64,000 nt of DNA from Sedimentisphaeraceae bacterium JB056 (GTDB taxonomy: Bacteria > Planctomycetota > Phycisphaerae > Sedimentisphaerales > Sedimentisphaeraceae): positions 64,001 to 128,000 of the forward strand of contig JBITAJ010000008.1 of NCBI GenBank assembly GCA_044440125.1. The letters run 5' to 3'. The position numbers were made by a program, and so were the translations under genes. This document shows positions 10,684 through 20,041 of this stretch, in pieces. Within the stretch, counting starts at the first letter, position 1. Each line of letters opens with the position of its first letter. Under the pieces are notes generated by a model, which saw only the letters and a program-made list of their open reading frames with translations, was not told the DNA's origin and did no database searches.

Positions 10684-11474
10684 TTTGCAGTACCTCTTAG
10701 TTGTTTTATGAATTGTTCAGGGTTGCCGCTGCGTACAATACTTTCACCAACGAGAAAATTACTAATACCATAAGCTTTATTCAATTCGATATCAACAGGG
10801 CTTTCTATACCGCTTGCCGCAACAGGAGTCTGGAACCCCTTAAGCAGTGATGATATACTTATGGCATGTTTGATGCTCGTATCAAAATTCTTTAAATTTC
10901 GATTATTGATTCCTATAAATGTAGCCTCAGCATCTATCGCTTTTTTGACATCATCTTCAGAATAAACCTCGACAAGACAATCAAGTGACAGACTGTCAGC
11001 AAGCCTCATGAAATCTCTTAATTGATTAAGCTCAAGACATCTTACTATCAGGAGAATAGCATCGGCTCCAATTGCAGCGGACTCATATATTTGATACTCG
11101 CTAATTATAAAATCTTTACGGAGTACCGGAATCTCAACTGCTGCTTTAACTGCTTTCAAATCATCAATACTGCCCTTGAAGAAATCAGGTTCGGTCAAAA
11201 CTGATATAGCTGCTGCGCCGCCCTTTTCGTAACTCTCAGCCATTTTGGCGGGATCAAGATCAATGCATATATCCCCTTTTGATGGAGATGCTCTTTTTAT
11301 CTCAGCAATTATGTTTATCGCATTGTACTCTTTCGAAAAATTCTCAAGAAAACGTGATTCTACAATTCTGTTTTCAGCAATCTTTTTCACCTTGGATAAC
11401 GGCATGGAGTCCTGAGCTGTTTTAACCTGGACCTTCTTGGCTTCAATTATTTTTGATAGAATATCACTACTCAT
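10680..11474 (-). CDS. trpC: Indole-3-glycerol phosphate synthase
   Basis: IAEIKRASPSKG, ISVLTE, LRKDF, GINNRNL. Confidence 0.97.
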   Translation of the reverse strand: MSSDILSKIIEAKKVQVKTAQDSMPLSKVKKIAENRIVESRFLENFSKEYNAINIIAEIKRASPSKGDICIDLDPAKMAESYEKGGAAAISVLTEPDFFKGSIDDLKAVKAAVEIPVLRKDFIISEYQIYESAAIGADAILLIVRCLELNQLRDFMRLADSLSLDCLVEVYSEDDVKKAIDAEATFIGINNRNLKNFDTSIKHAISISSLLKGFQTPVAASGIESPVDIELNKAYGISNFLVGESIVRSGNPEQFIKQLRGTAK

Positions 11475-12478
11475 TTTACAAACTCCACGAGCTCGTTAAG
11501 TTTAGCAGAAGCCTTGCCCTGATCCAGTACATCACAAGCTGTCTTCAAACCTTCATCAAGATTCTTTGCTTTACCTCCGGCAACTATTGCTGCTGCTGCA
11601 TTGATTGCTACTATATTTCTCTGCGGCCCTTTTTTGCCTGAAAAAATATCCTCAATAATGCCGGCATTTATATCCGCATCACCGCCAACAAGAGTATCCG
11701 GTTCAGAATACTGCGAAAAATATTTTTCAGGATAGATGTCATACGTTTTTATATGGCCATTGTTAAGCTCGCTAACCCTTGTATTGTCGCATATTGTTAT
11801 CTCATCAAGACCATCATGACCATGTACAACAAAAGCACGTTTACATCCTAATTGATTAAGTGCCTGTGCAAACATTTCCGTAAGCTGTGGTTTGTATACT
11901 CCAAGCAATTGGCAGCTTGCAGCCGCAGGATTTGTAAGTGGTCCCAGCATATTGAATATGCTTCTTATTCCAACTTCACGTCGGGCAGGTGCAGCATATT
12001 TCATTGCACCATGAAATTTTGGAGCAAACATAAAACCAATCCCTATTTCGTTTACGGCCATCTCTACAGTTTCTGGATCAACCTCAAGATTTACGCCAAG
12101 TTTTTCGAGCACATCAGCGCTGCCACATTTGCTTGACACACTTCTGTTTCCATGCTTAGCAACCGTGATCCCGGCACCGGCAACAACAAAGGCTGCGGCA
12201 GTTGAAATATTAAATGTATTTAGGCCATCACCACCTGTACCGCAAGTATCCACAACGGTTGAGCTCAAGGTCTGCAGCTTAGCGGCCTTGCTCCTCATGG
12301 CAGTAGCTGCACCGGCAAGCTCTTCATAAGTCTCGCCTTTAATAGCCATTGCAGTTATAAAAGCAGCTATCTGTGCATCAGTTAATTTGCCTGATAGAAT
12401 ATCATTTATCATTCCTGCAGATTCACGACTATTCAAGTTTTGCCCATCCATCACTTTTAGAAGAAGTTCTTTATACAT
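11471..12478 (-). CDS. trpD: Anthranilate phosphoribosyltransferase
   Basis: DTCGTGGDG, NIST, KHGNRSVSSKCGSAD, NMLGPLTNP, GLDE. Confidence 0.97.
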   Translation of the reverse strand: MYKELLLKVMDGQNLNSRESAGMINDILSGKLTDAQIAAFITAMAIKGETYEELAGAATAMRSKAAKLQTLSSTVVDTCGTGGDGLNTFNISTAAAFVVAGAGITVAKHGNRSVSSKCGSADVLEKLGVNLEVDPETVEMAVNEIGIGFMFAPKFHGAMKYAAPARREVGIRSIFNMLGPLTNPAAASCQLLGVYKPQLTEMFAQALNQLGCKRAFVVHGHDGLDEITICDNTRVSELNNGHIKTYDIYPEKYFSQYSEPDTLVGGDADINAGIIEDIFSGKKGPQRNIVAINAAAAIVAGGKAKNLDEGLKTACDVLDQGKASAKLNELVEFVK

Positions 12479-13067
12479 CTTTAGACTCCTTTTTCACCTT
12501 ATGGCTCATTTCAAGGAAATTGCGTAAAAGTTTCTTGCCCATTGGGCTCATTATAGATTCAGGATGAAACTGAACCCCCTCAGTCAGATGAGTTTTGTGG
12601 CGAAGCCCCATTATTTCTCCGTCCTCACTTCTCGCTGTTACGACGAGCTCATCAGGAACGCTTTCTTGATCAACCACGAGAGAATGATACCTCATCGCCT
12701 TGAAAGGTTTATTGATCCCAGAGTAAACTCCTTTTCCATCACTTTCTATCATTGATGTCTTGCCGTGCATAAGCTTCTTGGCATTAATTATACGGCCGCC
12801 AAAAGCCTGTCCAATTGTCTGATGACCAAGACAAACTCCAAGCAATGGCAGACGCCCGGAAAATGTTTTCACCACTTCCAGAGATATACCAGCTTGATCT
12901 GGATTACCAGGGCCCGGCGAAATTATAATCGCTTCAGGAGAAAGTTTTTCAATCTCTTCTATTGTAATTTTATCATTACGTATCACTACCGTATCTTCAT
13001 GCAGCTCTCGTACATACTGCGAAAGATTGTATGTAAATGAGTCATAGTTATCTATTATAAGTATCAT
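12471..13067 (-). CDS. trpG: Anthranilate synthase component II
   Basis: IDNYDSFTYNL, SPGPG, GVCLGHQ, RYHSL, QFHPES; lies between trpE and trpD. Confidence 0.95.
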   Translation of the reverse strand: MILIIDNYDSFTYNLSQYVRELHEDTVVIRNDKITIEEIEKLSPEAIIISPGPGNPDQAGISLEVVKTFSGRLPLLGVCLGHQTIGQAFGGRIINAKKLMHGKTSMIESDGKGVYSGINKPFKAMRYHSLVVDQESVPDELVVTARSEDGEIMGLRHKTHLTEGVQFHPESIMSPMGKKLLRNFLEMSHKVKKESKDV

Positions 13068-13105
13068 ATTTTTACTCCGTAAAGTTTTATTCGTTTACCA
13101 CAGGT

Positions 13106-14590
13106 TTACATAATGTCATTTACAAACTGCAATGCTCTTTGAATTGACATTGACTTGTTAACCGTCTCAACATACTCAGCTTCGGGATTCGAGTCGGCCA
13201 CGATTCCTGCTCCCGCCTGAATGGTAAGTTTGCCATCTTCAACTGTAGCGGTCCTTATAGTAATAGCCATATCCATATTACCATTGAATGCAATGTAACC
13301 AACGCATCCACCGTAAGGCCCTCTTGCAAACTCTTCATACTCGGCTATAAGTTCCATAGCTCGCACCTTTGGAGCTCCGGAAAGCGTACCGGCGGGGAAT
13401 ACCGCCTTTATAAGATCATAAGCATCCTTGTCTGGCTCCATGTCACAAACTACATTTGAAACAAGATGCATTACGTGTGAATACCTTTCTACTACCATAA
13501 GATCTGTAACCTGAACGGTGCCTGTTTGTGCCATTCTTCCAAGATCATTCCTTCCAAGGTCGACAAGCATAAGGTGCTCTGCTCTTTCTTTTTCATCAGC
13601 AAGCAGCTCATCTGCAAGATTTCTATCCTGCTGTTCGTTTGCTCCCCTTGGACGTGTTCCTGCAATAGGACGAACTGAAGCCAGTCCATTTTCAAGCCTC
13701 ACCATTGTTTCAGGTGAGGAACCTATAAGAGTACGGTCGTCAATATCCATAAAAAACATATACGGCGAAGGATTTATATAACGCTGTGCCCTGTACAGAG
13801 AGATCAGATTAGCAGGAGCATCACATATGAATGGCTGAGATATAACAGTTTGTATTACATCACCTGCATATATATGCTCTTTGATCTTCTCTACTTTATG
13901 CATATAATCTTTTGGAGAGAAAAAGGCCCTAAGGTTCATATCCTCTGTCCCATCCTTCGCCGCTGGCGAACTATGCGGTTCTTTTATTAACTCTCTTATA
14001 GCCTCAAGGTTTTCACATGCCTGTTCATAAACCTGATTTACATCAGAGCCCTCTTCAATGTATGCCAACTCAACACATTTCAATGTATGTCTTGTATTGT
14101 CAAATATCAGCACTGTCTCTGGCACCATAAAAGCTGCAAGAGATTTAGCCGGAGCAAGTTTATTGTTTATTTTTTCAAAGAAGCTTACCATTTCATAAGT
14201 GAAATATCCAACGAAGCCGGCAGTTAGTCTTGGTATTTGCTCAAATTCCATTATTTTATAACGTGATGACACCTCACGCATAACTTCAAACGGGTCACCG
14301 TTATGAGATATTTTCTCTATTTCACCATTTTTTTCGATTTCAACGTGTTCACGGAATATGCGAAGTTTCATCCTGGCGCCAATACCAAGAAAGCTGTACC
14401 TGCCCCATCTGTCACCACCCTCAACACTTTCAAGGAGAAACATGTTACCCTTATTCTGGGTATATATTTTCTCAAGTATAGACACCGGCGTCTCGGTATC
14501 TGCAAGTATTTCTGAGCATATCGGCACAATATTGTGACTGCTTGATGCCTTCAAAAAATCTTCTTTCTCAGGGAATAAATTTAATCGCAT
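13106..14590 (-). CDS. trpE: Anthranilate synthase component I
   Basis: LLES and NPSPYM Trp-feedback motifs, PIAGTRPRG, EHLMLVDLGRND, FPAGTLSGAPK. Confidence 0.97.
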   Translation of the reverse strand: MRLNLFPEKEDFLKASSSHNIVPICSEILADTETPVSILEKIYTQNKGNMFLLESVEGGDRWGRYSFLGIGARMKLRIFREHVEIEKNGEIEKISHNGDPFEVMREVSSRYKIMEFEQIPRLTAGFVGYFTYEMVSFFEKINNKLAPAKSLAAFMVPETVLIFDNTRHTLKCVELAYIEEGSDVNQVYEQACENLEAIRELIKEPHSSPAAKDGTEDMNLRAFFSPKDYMHKVEKIKEHIYAGDVIQTVISQPFICDAPANLISLYRAQRYINPSPYMFFMDIDDRTLIGSSPETMVRLENGLASVRPIAGTRPRGANEQQDRNLADELLADEKERAEHLMLVDLGRNDLGRMAQTGTVQVTDLMVVERYSHVMHLVSNVVCDMEPDKDAYDLIKAVFPAGTLSGAPKVRAMELIAEYEEFARGPYGGCVGYIAFNGNMDMAITIRTATVEDGKLTIQAGAGIVADSNPEAEYVETVNKSMSIQRALQFVNDIM

Positions 14591-14636
14591 AATATCACTT
14601 TCTATTACTAAAAACCTATAATTTGTACAATTTAAT

Positions 14637-14674
14637 AAAAAACAGCCGTAAGTTTCATTTACTTACGGCTGTTT
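14637..14674 (-). terminator. Second (distal) intrinsic terminator in trp leader, T2
   Basis: Perfect 14-bp stem AAACAGCCGTAAGT-AAATGAA-ACTTACGGCTGTTT then TTTATT, about 45 nt before trpE ATG. Confidence 0.85.
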
Positions 14675-14680
14675 AAAAAC

Positions 14681-14716
14681 AAAAAAACCGCAAGCCTGTG
14701 AACAGCCTGCGGTCTT
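14681..14716 (-). terminator. trp attenuator terminator, T1
   Basis: Minus strand AAGACCGCAGGCTG-TTCA-CAGGCTTGCGGTTTTTTTG. Confidence 0.88.
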
Positions 14717-14754
14717 GCTTATATCTTACTCAACAAAATAGACAACCCAGGTGC

Positions 14755-14817
14755 TCACAGTTCACTGTGCCACCACCAAAGGTTGTTAAAACTAAATTTT
14801 GTTGTTTCTTTTAACAT
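14755..14817 (-). CDS. trpL: trp attenuator leader peptide MLKETTKFSFNNLWWWHSEL (20 aa)
   Basis: ATG at 14817, three consecutive TGG codons, TGA at 14755-14757, immediately upstream of the terminator hairpins and trpE; not in ORF track. Confidence 0.92.
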   Translation of the reverse strand: MLKETTKFSFNNLWWWHSEL

Positions 14818-14932
14818 ATCTATCTCAATTTATACTGCAACGTTTCTATGTATAGAAACATATTATCATCAAATAAAAGAGATTTCAACCTCAAATTTAT
14901 AAAAAAGTGCATTTTTTGTTAATTTAATATCG

Positions 14933-15772
14933 TCAAAATATCAAATCGCTCTTGGATGCGATGTTTTTCAGTTCATTAAGCTCCATTGCGTTAAGCATTC
15001 TCGGCCCCTTGAATACCTTAAGCATAAGATCAAGCAACTCTTTATGACTGGGTGACATAGCGACTGCAACACCTTGGTTAAGAGTCCAGTTTATTGCAAG
15101 TTCTGCAACATGCTCATCGTCAATCGGCTCATACCAGCATTTGGGATATTTCTTTTTTGCTTCTTCATTTGGCCATTTGCCTTTGGCAAGAGTTTTCAGC
15201 GCAAGTATCCCCATATCGCGACTTCTTGCCTCTTTAAGAACATCAAGTTCAAAGCTTTTTTCAAAATGCAGATTAAAATTCACAGGGTAAAGTATAGTAT
15301 CGAAATCGAACTTAGCCATTGCAGCCAATGCCGCTTTCGGTGAATGTGCAGAAAAGCCTATATTACGTATAATACCTGCTTTTTGCGCATCAAGTACTAC
15401 TTCCATTGCCCCACCTTTAGCAAAAATAGCCTCAACATCCTTTTCAACATCAGTTAACGCATGAAACTGAAACACATCAAAATAGTCGGTTCTAAGATTT
15501 ATAAGTGACTGATCTAATGTTTCTTTTGCGCCTTTAGCATCACGAATATGTGTTTTACAGGCAAGATTAACATCTTTTCTAAATGGTTCTAAAGCAGGCC
15601 CCAGCTTGACCTCGGCATCTCCATATGCTGGAGCTACATCAAAATAATTAATCCCTCTGCTCACTGCGTTTTCAACAGATTTTGCAGCCTCTTCAGGCTC
15701 TGAATTCATAACAATGATACCACCAAATCCAATGGATGATACCATAAGCTCTGTTTTCCCAAGTCTGTTCAT
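14933..15772 (-). CDS. Aldo/keto reductase
   Basis: LGKTELMVSSIGFG, FDVAPAYG, CKT, SLINLRTDYFD, IGFSAH. Confidence 0.9.
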   Translation of the reverse strand: MNRLGKTELMVSSIGFGGIIVMNSEPEEAAKSVENAVSRGINYFDVAPAYGDAEVKLGPALEPFRKDVNLACKTHIRDAKGAKETLDQSLINLRTDYFDVFQFHALTDVEKDVEAIFAKGGAMEVVLDAQKAGIIRNIGFSAHSPKAALAAMAKFDFDTILYPVNFNLHFEKSFELDVLKEARSRDMGILALKTLAKGKWPNEEAKKKYPKCWYEPIDDEHVAELAINWTLNQGVAVAMSPSHKELLDLMLKVFKGPRMLNAMELNELKNIASKSDLIF

Positions 15773-16072
15773 TTTTCTCTCTTTCTAAACTTAACACTTT
15801 CTTGCAATCAGATTGGACGATTAAAATAGATACAATATCGCTCCCTACTTCACTGCATTATACAACTTATACCCAATATGAACAATATAAATGCACTAAT
15901 ATTAATCAATATCATCAGTTTGAGCCAATTCCCCAAAAAACTTTATCAGCAAGATAGTTATAGTTTTGAGCCGTTTGGTTAAAGATTGAAAAGATTATTT
16001 ATCTAATCTATATGACAGTTAACGAATTTAACTGTTTTAGGATTAGAAATGTAAATGTAAAATGGAGTAAAA

Positions 16073-17128
16073 ATGGATACTAAAGAGCAAATGAAGCCTA
16101 TCGAAAGAGTTGTTGCAGCACTGAATCATAAACAAGCCGACAGAGTCCCTGTATATCCTTTATTGAATGGGGTCGGACGATCTCTGGTTGGTGCAGGCTA
16201 CAAGAAATGGGCGACAGACGCTGAAACTTGCGCAGAAGCTTACATAAAAGTTACTGACGAAATTGAGCCGGATTGCATATGTACGCTTACAGATCTATCG
16301 GTTGAGGCCGGTGATTTTGGACAAAAAATCATATATCCGGAGACTGAAGCAGCACATCCTGATATCCATGACAGACTTATAAAAAACGTAGATGATTTTG
16401 CCGGTATTAAGAAGATCAACCCACGAACATCTCCCCGTATGAGTACCCATATTCAGCTCTGCGACAAACTGGTCAAAGCTAAAGGTGCTGATTATCCAAT
16501 AGCCGCATTTGTATTTGGCCCACTTGGTATAGCCAGCATGCTTCGTGACCAAGCCGCCCTTTACATGGATATATACGACAAGCCGGACTTGGTTAAATCT
16601 GCAGTTGAACAAATAAACGAAACATTGATAGACTATTGTGATGCACTTATTGAAACAGGCGTTCATGCGATAATGATTGATACTCTTTTTGCATCAAAAT
16701 CTATCATGAGCAAAGACATGTGGCTGGAATTTGAAGGCGGATTCGTAAGAAAACTTGCCGATCATATCCACAGCAAAGGCTGCATGGTAATGATACATAA
16801 TTGCGGCTGCGGGGTATATTTTGATGTGCAGATAGAAACTATGAAGCCTGAGGCTATCTCATTCCTGCATGTGCCTGATGACTGTGAATCTTATGCTGAT
16901 GCCAAGGCTAAATATGGCAGCAAAACTACACTTATAGGAGCCATTGATCCAACCTGGCTCCCGCAGGCATCAACTCAAGAACTTGAAGAAAAATGCAAGG
17001 AGCACATCGATATCTTTAAAAAAGATGGTGGTTATGTACTTGCCACAGGCTGTGAATACCCGGCGAATCTTGATTTAGATCACGCCAGAACAATGGTTAA
17101 AATGGCTAAGACATACGGCAAATATTGA
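16073..17128 (+). CDS. Uroporphyrinogen decarboxylase superfamily protein, MtaA/CmuA-like methylcobalamin methyltransferase
   Basis: ERVVAAL..DRVPVYP, FGPLG, Zn-ligand pattern IHNCG...GCE. Confidence 0.8.
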   Translation: MDTKEQMKPIERVVAALNHKQADRVPVYPLLNGVGRSLVGAGYKKWATDAETCAEAYIKVTDEIEPDCICTLTDLSVEAGDFGQKIIYPETEAAHPDIHDRLIKNVDDFAGIKKINPRTSPRMSTHIQLCDKLVKAKGADYPIAAFVFGPLGIASMLRDQAALYMDIYDKPDLVKSAVEQINETLIDYCDALIETGVHAIMIDTLFASKSIMSKDMWLEFEGGFVRKLADHIHSKGCMVMIHNCGCGVYFDVQIETMKPEAISFLHVPDDCESYADAKAKYGSKTTLIGAIDPTWLPQASTQELEEKCKEHIDIFKKDGGYVLATGCEYPANLDLDHARTMVKMAKTYGKY

Positions 17129-17155
17129 CACATAGCAATCGGTAATATTTTTGCT

Positions 17156-17189
17156 AAGCCGTCAACAGTCAGACTGTTGACGGCTTTTT
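17156..17189 (+). terminator. Intrinsic terminator
   Basis: Perfect stem AAGCCGTCAACAGT-CAG-ACTGTTGACGGCTT then TTT. Confidence 0.85.
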
Positions 17190-17295
17190 ATATACGCAAT
17201 TTTCCGCATCATAATAAAAATCTTGACTGCCGCTGAAAATATCTTAGGATTATCGCAAGAAATACAGAAGATTTTAACATTTACGGTTATCTGTA

Positions 17296-18330
17296 ATGAA
17301 ATATCAGGAAAATACCATAATACACGGAAATTGCATCGAGACATTCGGTTCTATGGAACCTTTTGCCGATCTGGTCTTCGCCGACCCACCGTTCAATATT
17401 GGATACGAATACGACAAATACCATGACAAGATAGGAAAAGAAGCATATCTTGAATGGACAAAAGACTGGATGAGTGCATGTTGCGGCATACTAAAACCTA
17501 ACGGTTCTTTTTATATCGCGATAGGTGATGATTATGCTGCAAATGTCAAGGTTATTGCTGACGAACTTGGGCTTAACATGCGAAACTGGATAATCTGGCA
17601 CTACACCTTCGGTCAGCAGACAAAAGCAAAATTTGCCCGCTCACATACGCATATCTTTTATTTCACAAAAGACACAGACAACTTCACCTTTAATGACAAT
17701 GCCGTCCGCGTTCCATCCGACAGACAGCTTATATACAACGATAAGCGAGCCAACAATGCCGGCAAGCTCCCCGATGACACGTGGAATGAGTTTTCCCGCG
17801 TCTGCGGCACTTTCAAAGAGCGTGAAGGCTGGCACCCATGTCAAATGCCAGAAGTTCTGCTCGCACGAATAATTGCATCAAGCAGTAACCCCGGCGACAT
17901 CGTAGTCGATCCGTTCATGGGCTCTGGTACAACAGCCGCAACAGCCTTGAAACTCGGCAGAAAATATTTTGGCACAGACATAAGCGAAAACTACGTTGAA
18001 AACATCGGAAAAAGGCTTGAAAAAATTAAAAAGCAAATTGCCGCCCCTACCGGCTGCCAATTGAACTATACAGAATTATTTGAGCTTCAGCGATACTGCA
18101 TAGAAATCAAGCACGCACCAAGTGATATCATTTCAAAACAGCAACTTATCTCACTTACTGTCAAAATGTTTTCAAACCGAATAGCCGGCGATAGAAATTT
18201 CACAGAGGAACAAATACTTCAGGCTCTTAGGCTGATTGAACAAAACGGACTGAGTGAATATATCTGCATAAAACCACTGAAAAAGCAGAAAAAGACAAAG
18301 AAAAAAGACCCCAAAGGGCTATTCCAATAA
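17296..18330 (+). CDS. Site-specific DNA methyltransferase (N6-A/N4-C, beta class)
   Basis: DPPFN catalytic motif before HPCQMP and the SAM-binding DPFMGSGTT motif. Confidence 0.9.
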   Translation: MKYQENTIIHGNCIETFGSMEPFADLVFADPPFNIGYEYDKYHDKIGKEAYLEWTKDWMSACCGILKPNGSFYIAIGDDYAANVKVIADELGLNMRNWIIWHYTFGQQTKAKFARSHTHIFYFTKDTDNFTFNDNAVRVPSDRQLIYNDKRANNAGKLPDDTWNEFSRVCGTFKEREGWHPCQMPEVLLARIIASSSNPGDIVVDPFMGSGTTAATALKLGRKYFGTDISENYVENIGKRLEKIKKQIAAPTGCQLNYTELFELQRYCIEIKHAPSDIISKQQLISLTVKMFSNRIAGDRNFTEEQILQALRLIEQNGLSEYICIKPLKKQKKTKKKDPKGLFQ

Positions 18331-18344
18331 ACAAGTAAGACACG

Positions 18345-20000
18345 ATGAACAAAATACCAGACTACATAAAAGAAATCATAGCGATTGTCGCAACAATGGT
18401 AATGCTCAGCATCATACATGCACCTTATGATCAGGTTCTGTTAGCTCCTGTTGCATATGTACCTCTGGTATTAACCTTTTCTAAAACCCGTAAACCCAAA
18501 AGATTTATACTCTTTACATTCTTGGCATCAATCGGCTATTGGATGTTCAATATCTACTGGCTGATAAACATAATTGCTATCGGCTGGATAGGAGCATCGG
18601 CAATAATGGCATTGTTCATACTGCTCTTTGTATGGGCTCTTGCAAGAGCAAAGCAAACCGGTTGGGGCTGCTGGATTTACTTGCCGATAATAGTAACCGG
18701 TATTGAATTTTTCTATGGCGGAATTTTTGGGGGCTTCAAATGGCACCTTCTGGGCCACAGCCTCTACAAGAACCTTGAGTTTATCCAGATTGCCGACATT
18801 ACCGGCGTCGCAGGCATAACTTTTCTAATTGCAATGCTCAATGGTCTTGTTTGCGATATAATAATGCATCAAAGTATAAAAAGCCTGAAACTGCCTATCA
18901 CTGTTTGTGCTATAGCAGTAGCTTCAGTTATCGTCTACGGCAAATACAGGCTCCAAACGGAACCGCAAAACTTCACGCAAGGGCCTCTTATCGCGATAGT
19001 TCAATCCAATGTGCCATCTACCGTAAAAGAAGATAAGTACGAAGGAATGAATATACTCGAGGGGCTTTTTAAGGTTTCTGAAAAAGCACTGGCCAGCGGA
19101 GCAGAACTGCTTGTCTGGCCTGAAACTATAGTATCAAGTGCTATAAATTCTGAGTTCCTGATATACATGAAGGAAGATTCAGAACCGTGGCAATATCATA
19201 AAAAAATAAAAAGTTTCACAGACGGCAGAACATATCTTCTAACCGGAGCTACAGCACTGAAAGTAGGCGAAGTTGATGGGGAAAACAAGGTAACGGATCA
19301 ATATAACTCAGCTTTTCTTTACTCGCCAAATAACGGCAGCTTCCCTGTTAGATATGACAAGATACATCTGGTGCCCTTTGGCGAATACATACCCCCTAAA
19401 AATATCGACTGGATAAGAAATATATTCCTGGCTTTTAATCCATATGACTACGATTACACATTGACTGCCGGAGAAAATTTAACACGTTTTCAGATAAAAA
19501 TCAACGAAAAGGAGTGGGATTTTTCGGCCATGATCTGCTATGAAGATACAGATGCTCAGCTTAACCGGAAACTAACCTATTCAAAGGATAAAGGCAAGGC
19601 TGACTGGCTCTTGAATATAAGCAATGACGGATGGTACGTTTGGTATGAAGATCGAAAAGTCAAGCCATCCTCTGAACTGCCGCAGCGAACTGCGATTTCA
19701 GTCTTTAGGGCTGTTGAGAACCGAATTACCCTAATGCGAAGCGTCAACACTGGTATAAGCTGTAAAATAGACCCTTTAGGCCGTATAGTTGATGGATACA
19801 TAGACGGCACATTGCCTGAAAACGTATTTGACCGTCAGGCAGTTGAAGGATATTTTACCGATAGACCTGAAATAGATTCGAGGGTAACTTTTTTTACGCA
19901 ATACGGTACTCTATTTTCTAAGCTTACAGGGGTATTGTTCGTGATTCTAATTATCTTATCATACGCTAAGAAACCAAGAAAGAAAGCCGCAGACAAATAA
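18345..20000 (+). CDS. lnt: Apolipoprotein N-acyltransferase
   Basis: N-terminal TM segments; WPE, YDKIHLVPFGEY, ICYED, SNDGW, RAVEN, NTGIS. Confidence 0.95.
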   Translation: MNKIPDYIKEIIAIVATMVMLSIIHAPYDQVLLAPVAYVPLVLTFSKTRKPKRFILFTFLASIGYWMFNIYWLINIIAIGWIGASAIMALFILLFVWALARAKQTGWGCWIYLPIIVTGIEFFYGGIFGGFKWHLLGHSLYKNLEFIQIADITGVAGITFLIAMLNGLVCDIIMHQSIKSLKLPITVCAIAVASVIVYGKYRLQTEPQNFTQGPLIAIVQSNVPSTVKEDKYEGMNILEGLFKVSEKALASGAELLVWPETIVSSAINSEFLIYMKEDSEPWQYHKKIKSFTDGRTYLLTGATALKVGEVDGENKVTDQYNSAFLYSPNNGSFPVRYDKIHLVPFGEYIPPKNIDWIRNIFLAFNPYDYDYTLTAGENLTRFQIKINEKEWDFSAMICYEDTDAQLNRKLTYSKDKGKADWLLNISNDGWYVWYEDRKVKPSSELPQRTAISVFRAVENRITLMRSVNTGISCKIDPLGRIVDGYIDGTLPENVFDRQAVEGYFTDRPEIDSRVTFFTQYGTLFSKLTGVLFVILIILSYAKKPRKKAADK

Positions 20001-20041
20001 TTGCCTGCGGCAGTTCTTATGGGTTAATGATTAGGCTTTTG

